The notes under the pieces are model-generated. The model did not search any database. It worked only from the letters and a program-made list of their open reading frames with translations, and was not told where the DNA came from. Position numbers and translations under genes: made by a program. A stretch of 64,000 nucleotides of DNA from Candidatus Micrarchaeota archaeon. Its GTDB lineage: Archaea > Micrarchaeota > Micrarchaeia > Anstonellales > Bilamarchaeaceae. Positions 49,360-57,769 of the stretch are shown here, piece after piece (position 1 is the stretch's first letter; each line of letters opens with the position of its first letter). The stretch spans positions 128,001-192,000 of the forward strand of contig JBDRCX010000006.1 of the NCBI GenBank assembly GCA_043821365.1, given 5' to 3'.

Positions 49360-50510
49360 CCAATCTCATAGAATGTTGTGTTCAGCATATCATAGTTTCT
49401 TAAAATATGCCAGCCATCAGATTCAATTGAATTGTTCTGGCTTTGCCACACCACATCAAAATTGGAATATATAGAAACCTCTGGAGATAATAGCAATGAT
49501 GGAATTTTGGTAAGATTATATTTTTTTATTAGGGTGGCTGCTTCAGTTGAATTTGATTCGTAATATGTCTCATTTTTAAGATAAAATCCAGCAGCTTGAG
49601 AGAAATATGCCCCTAGTTCTTTAGGATCAAAACAAGCATCGCAACTCACATTACCAATATAAATCGCATCTACAATACCACGAACTTGATTGTCAGGAAG
49701 TTGTTTGAATGGTGGTTTTATAGTACGTAAAACAAACCACCCATCATCCTCAAATGTTCCTAAGGAAACAAAATACTGAGAAATTGGATACACAAAGAAG
49801 TCCTCATCAAGCAAAAGAACTGGTAATTTAGTAATGTTGTACTTAGAGATAAGTTCTTGGGCCATGCTATCATTTTCATCTAAAATAGTTTTATTTGAGA
49901 ATATAACACCAACTGATATATCTTCCAGTGGTGGCATAAATTCACTGGCATCCATACAATCATTACAATCAGAGGCATGGATTGCGATTCCACTGACAAG
50001 TCCGAAAGATTTCCCAAGCGCAATGTCATAATATGGTGGATAAATGCCCCTGGAAACCAAAGTGCCATCAGATTCTTGCGAACCAACATTTTGTAACCAG
50101 ATTGAGACAAGATTTTCATCTGCCTCCGGGCTGCCAGACACAATAATCACTGGAAGTTCTGTGATATTATATTGTGATATAAAATGGTCTGCATCTTCTG
50201 AAGTATAACTGAGATTTTGTACAGAATCCAAGTACACATATTCGGATTCAGACAGGAAAATATTTACTTGCTGTATTGCGAGTTCACCATAATTACACTC
50301 TACACAGGGAGATTCTATGACAGTGAGTGTAACTGCTTTTTTCTGAGTATCATTACCTAGTTGTAAAGTATTGTTTGGAAGTGATGTATTGAAACTCTGG
50401 TTTGGTAGGTTGGGTTTTACCTCAGTTGAAGGCTGGACTAATGCGTATATGATAAGCCCTATAACAACTCCAAAAATGACCCAAATAAGCAGATTGAGGT
50501 AGGGTTTCAT
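49356..50510 (-). CDS. Membrane-anchored protein with three tandem CxxC thioredoxin-like domains
   Basis: CVEC, CNDC and CDAC, each followed by LI.KYN[IL]T.[LI]P; N-terminal TM. Confidence 0.75.
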   Translation of the reverse strand: MKPYLNLLIWVIFGVVIGLIIYALVQPSTEVKPNLPNQSFNTSLPNNTLQLGNDTQKKAVTLTVIESPCVECNYGELAIQQVNIFLSESEYVYLDSVQNLSYTSEDADHFISQYNITELPVIIVSGSPEADENLVSIWLQNVGSQESDGTLVSRGIYPPYYDIALGKSFGLVSGIAIHASDCNDCMDASEFMPPLEDISVGVIFSNKTILDENDSMAQELISKYNITKLPVLLLDEDFFVYPISQYFVSLGTFEDDGWFVLRTIKPPFKQLPDNQVRGIVDAIYIGNVSCDACFDPKELGAYFSQAAGFYLKNETYYESNSTEAATLIKKYNLTKIPSLLLSPEVSIYSNFDVVWQSQNNSIESDGWHILRNYDMLNTTFYEIG

Positions 50511-50598
50511 GAAATAAACTGGCAGAGCTATATTTTTAAATTAATGACTATAATAAAAGAAAACACAATCAAAGACTCATTTTTATTTTCGTGATTTT

Positions 50599-51117
50599 AT
50601 GGACGAGGAAACGCTGAGGGCAACGGTCGAAGAACTTGAAAAAAAGAAGTCAGAGCTGATTGATAGAATAAAACAGCTCAACCGCAGGATTAGATATAAG
50701 AAGTATGAACAGAAAGCACTTCAGCCTTTCCTAGAACAAACAAAGAATGTCCAAGTTGCTTCTTATAGAAAACAAAAAAGAGCACTTGAATTCAGAATTT
50801 CAACTGCAGCTTATACTCCTAAGATGGAAAAAGATTTACTTAAACACTTGAAAAAAGTTGATGATCAGCTTGACAAAGTAAAAGAAGTTGAGAGAGCACG
50901 AAGAAAAATAAAGTACGTGGAAAGCGATATATTTGAAGGAGAAAATGAGATTGCAAAAATAGAAGTAGAGCTCAAAACAATTAGAGAAGAGCTCAAGAAA
51001 CATTACGACGAGATGAAAACCATGCGCATAAGTGCAAGGAAACATGCTGCTGCACAAGCAAGAGCAGAAGAAGACCTTGTTGCACTTGGTGACCTGGCTT
51101 TTATTGAAAAAGACTGA
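50599..51117 (+). CDS. Archaeal coiled-coil protein
   Basis: Continuous E/K-rich heptads. Confidence 0.7.
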   Translation: MDEETLRATVEELEKKKSELIDRIKQLNRRIRYKKYEQKALQPFLEQTKNVQVASYRKQKRALEFRISTAAYTPKMEKDLLKHLKKVDDQLDKVKEVERARRKIKYVESDIFEGENEIAKIEVELKTIREELKKHYDEMKTMRISARKHAAAQARAEEDLVALGDLAFIEKD

Positions 51118-51146
51118 AATGTTTGTGGAACCACACACATTTTTTT

Positions 51147-51527
51147 CTATTGTTTAATTGCATCAGCCACTATTTTCCCATGGTCACTACATAATTTTGG
51201 CAGATTAGATAGATCGTACCATTGCGCTTCATCTGCATCATCCCCTGCTTTCAACTCACCATTGATTTCTTTCACTAAAAAAGCACCAACTATTATGCCT
51301 CTTGGATCTCTTTTTGGATCAGAATATAAACCAATTAATTTGATTATTTCGATATCAATACCAGTTTCTTCTTTCATTTCTCTTTTGGCACATTCTTCAG
51401 CAGTTTCATTATCTTCTATTCTCCCACCAGGAACTGCCCATTCTCCTTTAAATGGTTCTTTCCCCCTTTTGATAAGTAGAACTTTCCCATTTTCAATTAA
51501 AACCATATCACAGGCAAACGGTCTCAT
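51147..51527 (-). CDS. NUDIX hydrolase
   Basis: Nudix box GGRIEDNETAEECAKREMKEETG; RDPRG, AGDDA. Confidence 0.93.
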   Translation of the reverse strand: MRPFACDMVLIENGKVLLIKRGKEPFKGEWAVPGGRIEDNETAEECAKREMKEETGIDIEIIKLIGLYSDPKRDPRGIIVGAFLVKEINGELKAGDDADEAQWYDLSNLPKLCSDHGKIVADAIKQ

Positions 51528-51549
51528 GATAGGATAATAAAACCAAAGT

Positions 51550-51804
51550 TTAAGATTTGTTGACTTTTATGTCCCAGATGTATTTGTTTCTTGTTGGTAT
51601 TGAATCAACCTTTACACTAATGCCATAATTGTGTTTTTTTATCAAGTTATCCAAATCACGAAGCAGATTATCATTAATTTCATCAGTATTTATCCAAGAG
51701 CATGATTTCCTTGTAACAATACAATCAGCAATAACCAGTGCATCATGCTCGGTAATTCCAATATTTGTTAGTTCTACAATGATTTCTTCCGACTGGTCTG
51801 CCAT
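51550..51804 (-). CDS. Small hypothetical protein
   Basis: 84-aa ORF co-oriented with neighbours. Confidence 0.6.
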   Translation of the reverse strand: MADQSEEIIVELTNIGITEHDALVIADCIVTRKSCSWINTDEINDNLLRDLDNLIKKHNYGISVKVDSIPTRNKYIWDIKVNKS

Positions 51805-51837
51805 GTTTTGTTTTTACCGAGAAAGTTTAATAATTAG

Positions 51838-52293
51838 TTACAAAAGAGTTTTTTGAAAAATACTTGGATCAATATTAAACATAACATCAATGGTGGCCTT
51901 CCAACTAGCGTCTGAATCAGATGGAGGTAATTCGCCTTTGAAAAATGCATTTGAAACACGCACCATAGTGGTACTTGTTGCAGATGGAGGTTCTGGTACT
52001 GCTTCTCTTACTTCTTTAACTAGGTCCAACAATCTTTGGGCATCATCTTGAGAAAGAACACCTTTCCCACTATAATTACGGCCTAGAGTAAATGCAATTG
52101 AAAGTAGATCACGTTGCCTTTGATCAGTAGCTTCCCTAAGCTTTCGAAAGTGTGCGACTCTGCCAGGCGCTGCAAGGATACTGAGCCCCTCTGTGAGCAC
52201 AGAAATAGCTGTACCTGTCCTTGCCCAACGATCAACTACCCCTGCCATTTCTTGTTTCCTGTCAGGGGGAAGACCACGATAATTAAAACCCAT
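51838..52293 (-). CDS. Hypothetical protein
   Basis: 151-aa orphan ORF with a TTTATA box upstream on the minus strand. Confidence 0.55.
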   Translation of the reverse strand: MGFNYRGLPPDRKQEMAGVVDRWARTGTAISVLTEGLSILAAPGRVAHFRKLREATDQRQRDLLSIAFTLGRNYSGKGVLSQDDAQRLLDLVKEVREAVPEPPSATSTTMVRVSNAFFKGELPPSDSDASWKATIDVMFNIDPSIFQKTLL

Positions 52294-52453
52294 GTTAAGG
52301 ATATAGATAATAAGTTATAAAAAGGTTCATTTTGTGGATGAGAGTCAAGTTTGAAGATGGGAATGATAGTACAACGAGAAAATACAGAGATAAGAATAGA
52401 ACCAACTGAAGTTTGATTAAACATTAACATCAGTATGTAAGGAGGAAAGTTTA

Positions 52454-52507
52454 GGTCAGACGCTGTTGACTTCATCATAGATCAGAGGTTGTTCAGGTCA
52501 TCATCCC
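52454..52507 (-). ncRNA. Archaeal C/D-box methylation guide sRNA
   Basis: Minus strand reads GGG-AUGAUGA(C)-CCUGAACAACCU-CUGA(D')-UCU-AUGAUGA(C')-AGUCAACAGCGU-CUGA(D)-CC: four perfect boxes, two 12-nt guides, short terminal stem. Confidence 0.9.
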
Positions 52508-52531
52508 GAATAGAATAGAATAAGATTAAGA

Positions 52532-52537
52532 TATAAA
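52532..52537 (-). promoter_or_regulatory. TATA box for the C/D sRNA
   Basis: TTTATA on the minus strand about 25 nt upstream of the sRNA 5' end. Confidence 0.55.
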
Positions 52538-52538
52538 C

Positions 52539-53126
52539 CTAAGGTTTGGTTGCTTTGAGTACTGATAACTTCTCAAAGAAGAAACTTTCTGTTTTCAATA
52601 CCTCAACAACATATTTGAGTTTTTTTAATTTTGAGATTGTTTTTTTCTCGTTATTTAGTGAACTTTGAACAAGAAATAAAGACCCGCCTGGCCTTAAAAA
52701 ACCATCAAATTCTCCCAAAAACATATCAAGAACTTTGCGTCCTGATCTGCCACCATCAAAAGCATGATTTACGTTGCCAGTTAGTTTTTCTTCTTTTGAC
52801 GTTGGTAAATATGGTGGATTGAATAGTATGAAATCAAACTTTTGTTTTGGGATTTTTGAAAACAAATTACTTTCGATAAATTTTACATTTTTAATCTTAT
52901 TGATTTTGGCGTTTCTAACTGCACATTCCACTGCTTCGGGATTTGTATCAACACCAAGAACTGTTTTTGCAGATTTAGAACAAACCAGACAAATTAAACC
53001 ACTACCACATCCGATTTCAAGAATATTTCCCTTTAATTTTTCAATAGAACCTGCGAGTAGAAATGAGTCTTCTGCTGGCTCATAAACTGAAGATGGAATA
53101 ACAATATCAAAACCTAAAAAGTTCAC
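52539..53126 (-). CDS. HemK2/N6AMT1-like SAM-dependent methyltransferase
   Basis: VYEPAEDSFLL, LEIGCGSG, FNPPY, GG..GR. Confidence 0.9.
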   Translation of the reverse strand: MNFLGFDIVIPSSVYEPAEDSFLLAGSIEKLKGNILEIGCGSGLICLVCSKSAKTVLGVDTNPEAVECAVRNAKINKIKNVKFIESNLFSKIPKQKFDFILFNPPYLPTSKEEKLTGNVNHAFDGGRSGRKVLDMFLGEFDGFLRPGGSLFLVQSSLNNEKKTISKLKKLKYVVEVLKTESFFFEKLSVLKATKP

Positions 53127-53157
53127 AGAAATTAATTGGATTTTGTCATTAAAAACC

Positions 53158-53175
53158 TTACCAATTAATTTGTAG
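53158..53175. promoter_or_regulatory. Imperfect copy of the ribB palindrome directly before rbkR; candidate autoregulatory operator
   Basis: TTACCAATTAATTTGTAG versus CTACCTATATATAGGTAG. Confidence 0.5.
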
Positions 53176-53177
53176 GT

Positions 53178-53804
53178 ATGGATGAGCTAATTTTCACTTT
53201 GTTAAAACATGGAGCACATTTAAGACCAGTCAGAATTACAACAACTGATTTGGGGAAGATACTTGGGATGTCCCAACAAAATGCATCACATCGATTAAGA
53301 TCACTGCAAATGGAGGGATTGGTAGAAAAAACAAACAACGGAATAATATTAACAAAAAAAGCAAAGGATGAGATTGCAACTATTTATGCAGATTTAAAAG
53401 TAATGTTTGAAGGAAAAAAACTTGAAATACAGGGAAGAATAACAAAGGGGCTTGGTGAGGGAAAATATTACCTTTCATTAGAAGAATATCGAAAACAAAT
53501 AAAGGAAAAATTTGGGTTTTATCCATTCCCAGGAACATTAAATATTGAGATAGAAGAAAAAGATATGTGGAAAAAACAACAAGTGATAAGAGCCGAACCA
53601 ATTATTATTTCTGGTTTTAGAGATAAAAAAAGGGCATATGGAGATTTGTTCTCATATCGATGTAAAATTGGTAATGTTGATTGTATTTTGGTAGTACCAA
53701 TAAGGACGCACCATGGACCAAAAATTATGGAGATAGTAAGTAAATTAGACTTAAAGAAGATACTTAGAAAAAAAGATAATGACGATATAAAGGTGATATT
53801 CTGA
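53178..53804 (+). CDS. ribK: CTP-dependent riboflavin kinase with N-terminal wHTH (RbkR-type)
   Basis: HTH TT.DLG..LGMSQQ.AS..L; G.GEG.YY, YPFPGTLN, P.RTHH, E. Confidence 0.92.
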   Translation: MDELIFTLLKHGAHLRPVRITTTDLGKILGMSQQNASHRLRSLQMEGLVEKTNNGIILTKKAKDEIATIYADLKVMFEGKKLEIQGRITKGLGEGKYYLSLEEYRKQIKEKFGFYPFPGTLNIEIEEKDMWKKQQVIRAEPIIISGFRDKKRAYGDLFSYRCKIGNVDCILVVPIRTHHGPKIMEIVSKLDLKKILRKKDNDDIKVIF

Positions 53805-55135
53805 TCGAGATAGAGGGGATAGTAAGTAAAATGAGATATAATTATGGAAAAAAAGAATATTTGATTACTGATGGAAATTCTGATTTTAATATTAGAAGTG
53901 AAGAACCACTTGTACAGGGATCGATAGTAAAGATAGTCGGCGAAATAGATCAGACAGGCAATATAACTGCAACAAATATAGTAAAAATTGATGATGGCCA
54001 GCAACAAAAAATTCTAGAGAAAATCAAAATGCAGATAAAAACTAAAATTCCAATAGCAAATGAACCATACCTTGTAACTGATGAACTGACAAAAAAAATC
54101 TGGCCGCAATTAAAATGGGTTGCTGAAGAGATTTTTTGTGCAAAAAAACTAGGAAGAGGAATTTTACTTCGTTTCCATGGAGATGCAGACGGAGTTTGCG
54201 GTGCATTTGCACTTACAGAAATAGTATATTGTAAAGCATTTCAGCAAAACTCAGCAATGTATAATGTGAAAGATGCTTTCAGAGACATATCAACAATTGG
54301 ACAGGAGAATAGACCACTAATAATTTTGTTGGATTTCGGTTCCAGTGATTCTTGTAAAGAAGCCCTTGAACTTGTCTCTGCTGCAGGAATAGAATATATT
54401 ATAATAGATCACCACCCATACCAGGCAAAGGAGAATACAAAAATAGTAAATCCTTTTAGCATTCAGGAAAATGCTTCAAAATACACCGCTGGTTATCTTG
54501 CATGTGAAATAGCAATTGCATGTGGATTGGACAAAGAAAAAGGAAAAGAACTTGCAAAAGTTGCATGTGCGGGAGATAAAAGCAACATACTTGAAAGTGA
54601 CGAAGATGATGGGAAAAAGGCGATGGTTCTTGATTTTCTCACCAATCACGTTCCTTTTGGGAATAATCTAGAATTCTATAAAAAAGTCATGCGAACTCCG
54701 GATCTTTTTTCTTCAATTACCCAACAGGCAAATGATTCCATAGAAGAAGCAGCAGGAAAAGCACTGGCCAAGGCTAAAAGAACACAGGAAAATAGCGTAG
54801 AGATTTGTGTTTTTCCTCTTGACTCAATTGTGGTGAAAGGAGAATGGCCATCATCAAGCAAAATCACAACCAGAGTATATGATAAAATCAGAGATAGTGT
54901 GCCGCTTATGTGTATTGGACATACTGAATATTCAGTGATAATGAGGATAAACGACGAGGGAATTGCAAAGGGCCTTAATGCAAACAATTTGGCAGAAGAA
55001 GTAAAGAAAACAATGGGGGACTTTGTAAAAGGTGGTGGAGGTCATGCAAAGGCAGGGGCCATATCAGTAAGACCAGGATTTACTAGGGAAGTGTTAGGAG
55101 AACTTCTGAGGCAAATATCAACAAAACTGGCCTAG
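53801..55135 (+). CDS. DHH/DHHA1 phosphoesterase (RecJ-like) with N-terminal OB-like segment; probable CTG start
   Basis: HGDADG, LLDFGS, IIDHH, GGGH..AG; frame open to a CTG at 53801 that overlaps the ribK TGA and follows GGTGA. Confidence 0.85.
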   Translation: MIEIEGIVSKMRYNYGKKEYLITDGNSDFNIRSEEPLVQGSIVKIVGEIDQTGNITATNIVKIDDGQQQKILEKIKMQIKTKIPIANEPYLVTDELTKKIWPQLKWVAEEIFCAKKLGRGILLRFHGDADGVCGAFALTEIVYCKAFQQNSAMYNVKDAFRDISTIGQENRPLIILLDFGSSDSCKEALELVSAAGIEYIIIDHHPYQAKENTKIVNPFSIQENASKYTAGYLACEIAIACGLDKEKGKELAKVACAGDKSNILESDEDDGKKAMVLDFLTNHVPFGNNLEFYKKVMRTPDLFSSITQQANDSIEEAAGKALAKAKRTQENSVEICVFPLDSIVVKGEWPSSSKITTRVYDKIRDSVPLMCIGHTEYSVIMRINDEGIAKGLNANNLAEEVKKTMGDFVKGGGGHAKAGAISVRPGFTREVLGELLRQISTKLA

Positions 55136-55215
55136 GAAAAGTTTAATAGATTAAGGATGGATAGTAAGGATACTACTTACTAGAGACGATATTTTTACTA
55201 ACTTAAGGTGGCATT

Positions 55216-56217
55216 ATGAAAGTTGCTATAAGTGGATTTGGCAGAATAGGAAAATCTTTTTTGAAAGCTGCAATAAAGCAGGGAGCTCTTGGAAAAACAT
55301 TCGACATAGTTGCAATAAACACAAAAAGCGCAGTTGAACAGCATGTTCATCTATTCAAATATGATTCAGTTTATGGTAGATTTGATGGCGAAGTAAAAGC
55401 AGATGATGGTAACTTTGTAGTTAATGGTTACAAAATAAAATGGATAAATGAAACTGATCCACTAAAATTACCATGGAGAGAGATGGAAGTTGATCTTGTT
55501 CTTGAGAGCACCGGAACGTTTAGAGGAAGAGACGATAGCGAAAAACACATTAAAGCAGGTGCAAAAAGAGTTTTGATATCTGCACCAGGAGAGGGAGTTG
55601 ATGGAACAATTGTTCCTGGTGTTAATGACCATTTATTGAACAAAGAAATGACCGTATTATCTTTAGCGTCCTGTACCACAAACTGCCTTGCACCAGTATT
55701 GAAAGTAATTGAAGAAAAATTCGGGATTGAAAGTGGATTTCTTAGTACCATTCATGCTTACACCAACGATCAGAACATACTTGATGCAAGCCACAAAGAC
55801 CTGAGAAGGGCAAGGGCAGGTGCAGTCAGCATTATACCAACAAGCACTGGCGCAGCAAAGGCAATTGGAGAGGTTCTACCGCAATTGAATGGAAAGATGG
55901 ATGGTGTTGCTTTCAGAGTTCCTGTGCCTGATGGATCAATGAATGACATGACACTTCTATTGAAGAAAGAGACCAACAAAGACGAAGTTAATGAAGAATT
56001 GAAGCGAGCATCAAATGAAGAACTAAAGGGGATTCTAGGCTACACTGATGAACCACTTGTGTCTATTGACATTGTTGGAACTACACAATCAGCAATTATT
56101 GATTCTAAATTAACAAAAGTAAAAGGAAAATTAGCTAAGATATCTGCGTGGTATGATAATGAGTTTGGATACTCTAATAGGCTTGTTGATTTTGTTAAAA
56201 AAATAGGGCAGCTCTAA
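55216..56217 (+). CDS. gap: Class I glyceraldehyde-3-phosphate dehydrogenase
   Basis: GFGRIG, ESTG, ASCTTNCLAP, TIHAYT.DQ, RRAR, STGAAKA, RVP, WYDNE. Confidence 0.96.
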   Translation: MKVAISGFGRIGKSFLKAAIKQGALGKTFDIVAINTKSAVEQHVHLFKYDSVYGRFDGEVKADDGNFVVNGYKIKWINETDPLKLPWREMEVDLVLESTGTFRGRDDSEKHIKAGAKRVLISAPGEGVDGTIVPGVNDHLLNKEMTVLSLASCTTNCLAPVLKVIEEKFGIESGFLSTIHAYTNDQNILDASHKDLRRARAGAVSIIPTSTGAAKAIGEVLPQLNGKMDGVAFRVPVPDGSMNDMTLLLKKETNKDEVNEELKRASNEELKGILGYTDEPLVSIDIVGTTQSAIIDSKLTKVKGKLAKISAWYDNEFGYSNRLVDFVKKIGQL

Positions 56218-56280
56218 CTAGTAATTTGCTTACAGTAGAATTACAGAGGCTTTTTAAATTTCACTTTGTATAGATTTTCG

Positions 56281-56535
56281 ATGGCAATAGGAGCAGAAGT
56301 AGTCGCAGCTGGAATCGCAGCATTTCTTACAACAATAGCACCAATAATTTCAATAATACTTCTAGTTCTAGGTGGAATTACCTATGGTATAGCGCAAACC
56401 CAACCAGCAGAAGTTAGAGGAAAATGGCAAACAGCTGCAATAAGTATGTTTGTGGGTGGAGTTATTGTAGCACTGGTAGCTGGTGCTGCAAGTGTAATAC
56501 AAACAACTTCTTCAGGATTGTTGAAACCAGCATAA
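56281..56535 (+). CDS. VirB2/TrbC-like (CedA1/TedC-like) pilin
   Basis: 84 aa with two hydrophobic helices joined by the basic loop QPAEVRGKW; small-residue rich. Confidence 0.6.
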   Translation: MAIGAEVVAAGIAAFLTTIAPIISIILLVLGGITYGIAQTQPAEVRGKWQTAAISMFVGGVIVALVAGAASVIQTTSSGLLKPA

Positions 56536-56566
56536 AATTATTAACTTATTTTACTTAAGAAAATAC

Positions 56567-57739
56567 ATGAAATTAGTTTATTTATTTTTGGTGGTCTGTC
56601 TAGCATCTAGTTTTGCATATATACAAGTATCAACAATCAACGGAGAACAAATACAATACACAGAATTAACTAAGAACCAAGAGAACTCATTTGATGATTC
56701 CATAGACAATTATAATCAAAATGTCAAAACAATGCCACCCCTAATAACTGATTTTCTAGGAGATGAAACAGTACGTACTCACGTAAAGTTATCTGATGGA
56801 AGCACTGCCATAGCTGGTTCAAATTGTAAAGCCGGGCAGATAGAATCAAGCGAATTAATAGGAAATGTTGACAGCGAAAATGAGATGTTGATAAGCAAGA
56901 ATGAGCTTCTCATCAATAACCAGAAAAAAGAATACACAGTTGCACTTTACATAGATGAGGATACCATAGAAAGAATAGCAAATTCAAAAAACCCACAAAA
57001 AGAATTCGTAAATGCATGGGGAACAGAAATACGATATGAAGGGTTAAACATTTTCAGCGGTACAAAAACATTCTTCATAGGAATCACATTATTTTTCTAC
57101 TCATTTTTCATACCAGAAATAGAAAGTTGCTCAATTACTGATGTAGTGACAGCATACACGTGTAAAATGGGATCAGCCAATCTGAGTGCACATTATGAAT
57201 TAACTAGTGAAGACTTCTCTGAACTCGGTGAGGAACTAGATGAAAAGGGCCCGAATGGATATGCTGCCATAACACGTGCCGAATATGAGTACACCTATTG
57301 TCCAGATGTATCAACCACAGTAGATCAAGAAGAGTGTAACTGTACTTGCAATGCTACCATAGGAACCCTAAATGTTTCTGTTGTTATTACCCAAGATCTT
57401 CCAACCTGGACTGGTGATGGGTATGCAAATGCAACTGCAAACCAAAAAGCAGAATGGGATAGATTCATGGAAAAATTAAGGTTACATGAAGATGGTCATA
57501 GTAGTCTATACACTGCCGGTAAAAGTAAGATAGAAAATAGCATTGATTCTCCCTCAAAAACAGCAACCGCCGCAACATGCCAGAAAGCATGCGAAGATGC
57601 AGTTGGAGAATTAGACCAAGCAATCTATGAGGGTTTTGAAGCAGGAATAACTGAAGTTGATAATGATAATAAAGAATATGATGACAATACAACACATGGT
57701 GCAACCCAAGGAGCAGTACTTGATTATGGGGTAAGATAA
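56567..57739 (+). CDS. Secreted protein with C-terminal DUF922-like zincin domain
   Basis: Signal peptide; LRLHEDGH (HExxH); Cys pairs. Confidence 0.65.
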   Translation: MKLVYLFLVVCLASSFAYIQVSTINGEQIQYTELTKNQENSFDDSIDNYNQNVKTMPPLITDFLGDETVRTHVKLSDGSTAIAGSNCKAGQIESSELIGNVDSENEMLISKNELLINNQKKEYTVALYIDEDTIERIANSKNPQKEFVNAWGTEIRYEGLNIFSGTKTFFIGITLFFYSFFIPEIESCSITDVVTAYTCKMGSANLSAHYELTSEDFSELGEELDEKGPNGYAAITRAEYEYTYCPDVSTTVDQEECNCTCNATIGTLNVSVVITQDLPTWTGDGYANATANQKAEWDRFMEKLRLHEDGHSSLYTAGKSKIENSIDSPSKTATAATCQKACEDAVGELDQAIYEGFEAGITEVDNDNKEYDDNTTHGATQGAVLDYGVR

Positions 57740-57769
57740 TTATTTAAACAAATAAAGCTAACGAACTAC

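Noticed and set aside
52441-52452. GAGGAAAGT resembling the RNase P RNA P4 motif
   Set aside because: It lacks the following CC and the distal partner strand; the region is explained by the antisense C/D sRNA.
52236-52478. 80-aa minus-strand ORF
   Set aside because: Its start is the C' box of the sRNA, it overlaps another gene's start, and it has no coding signature.
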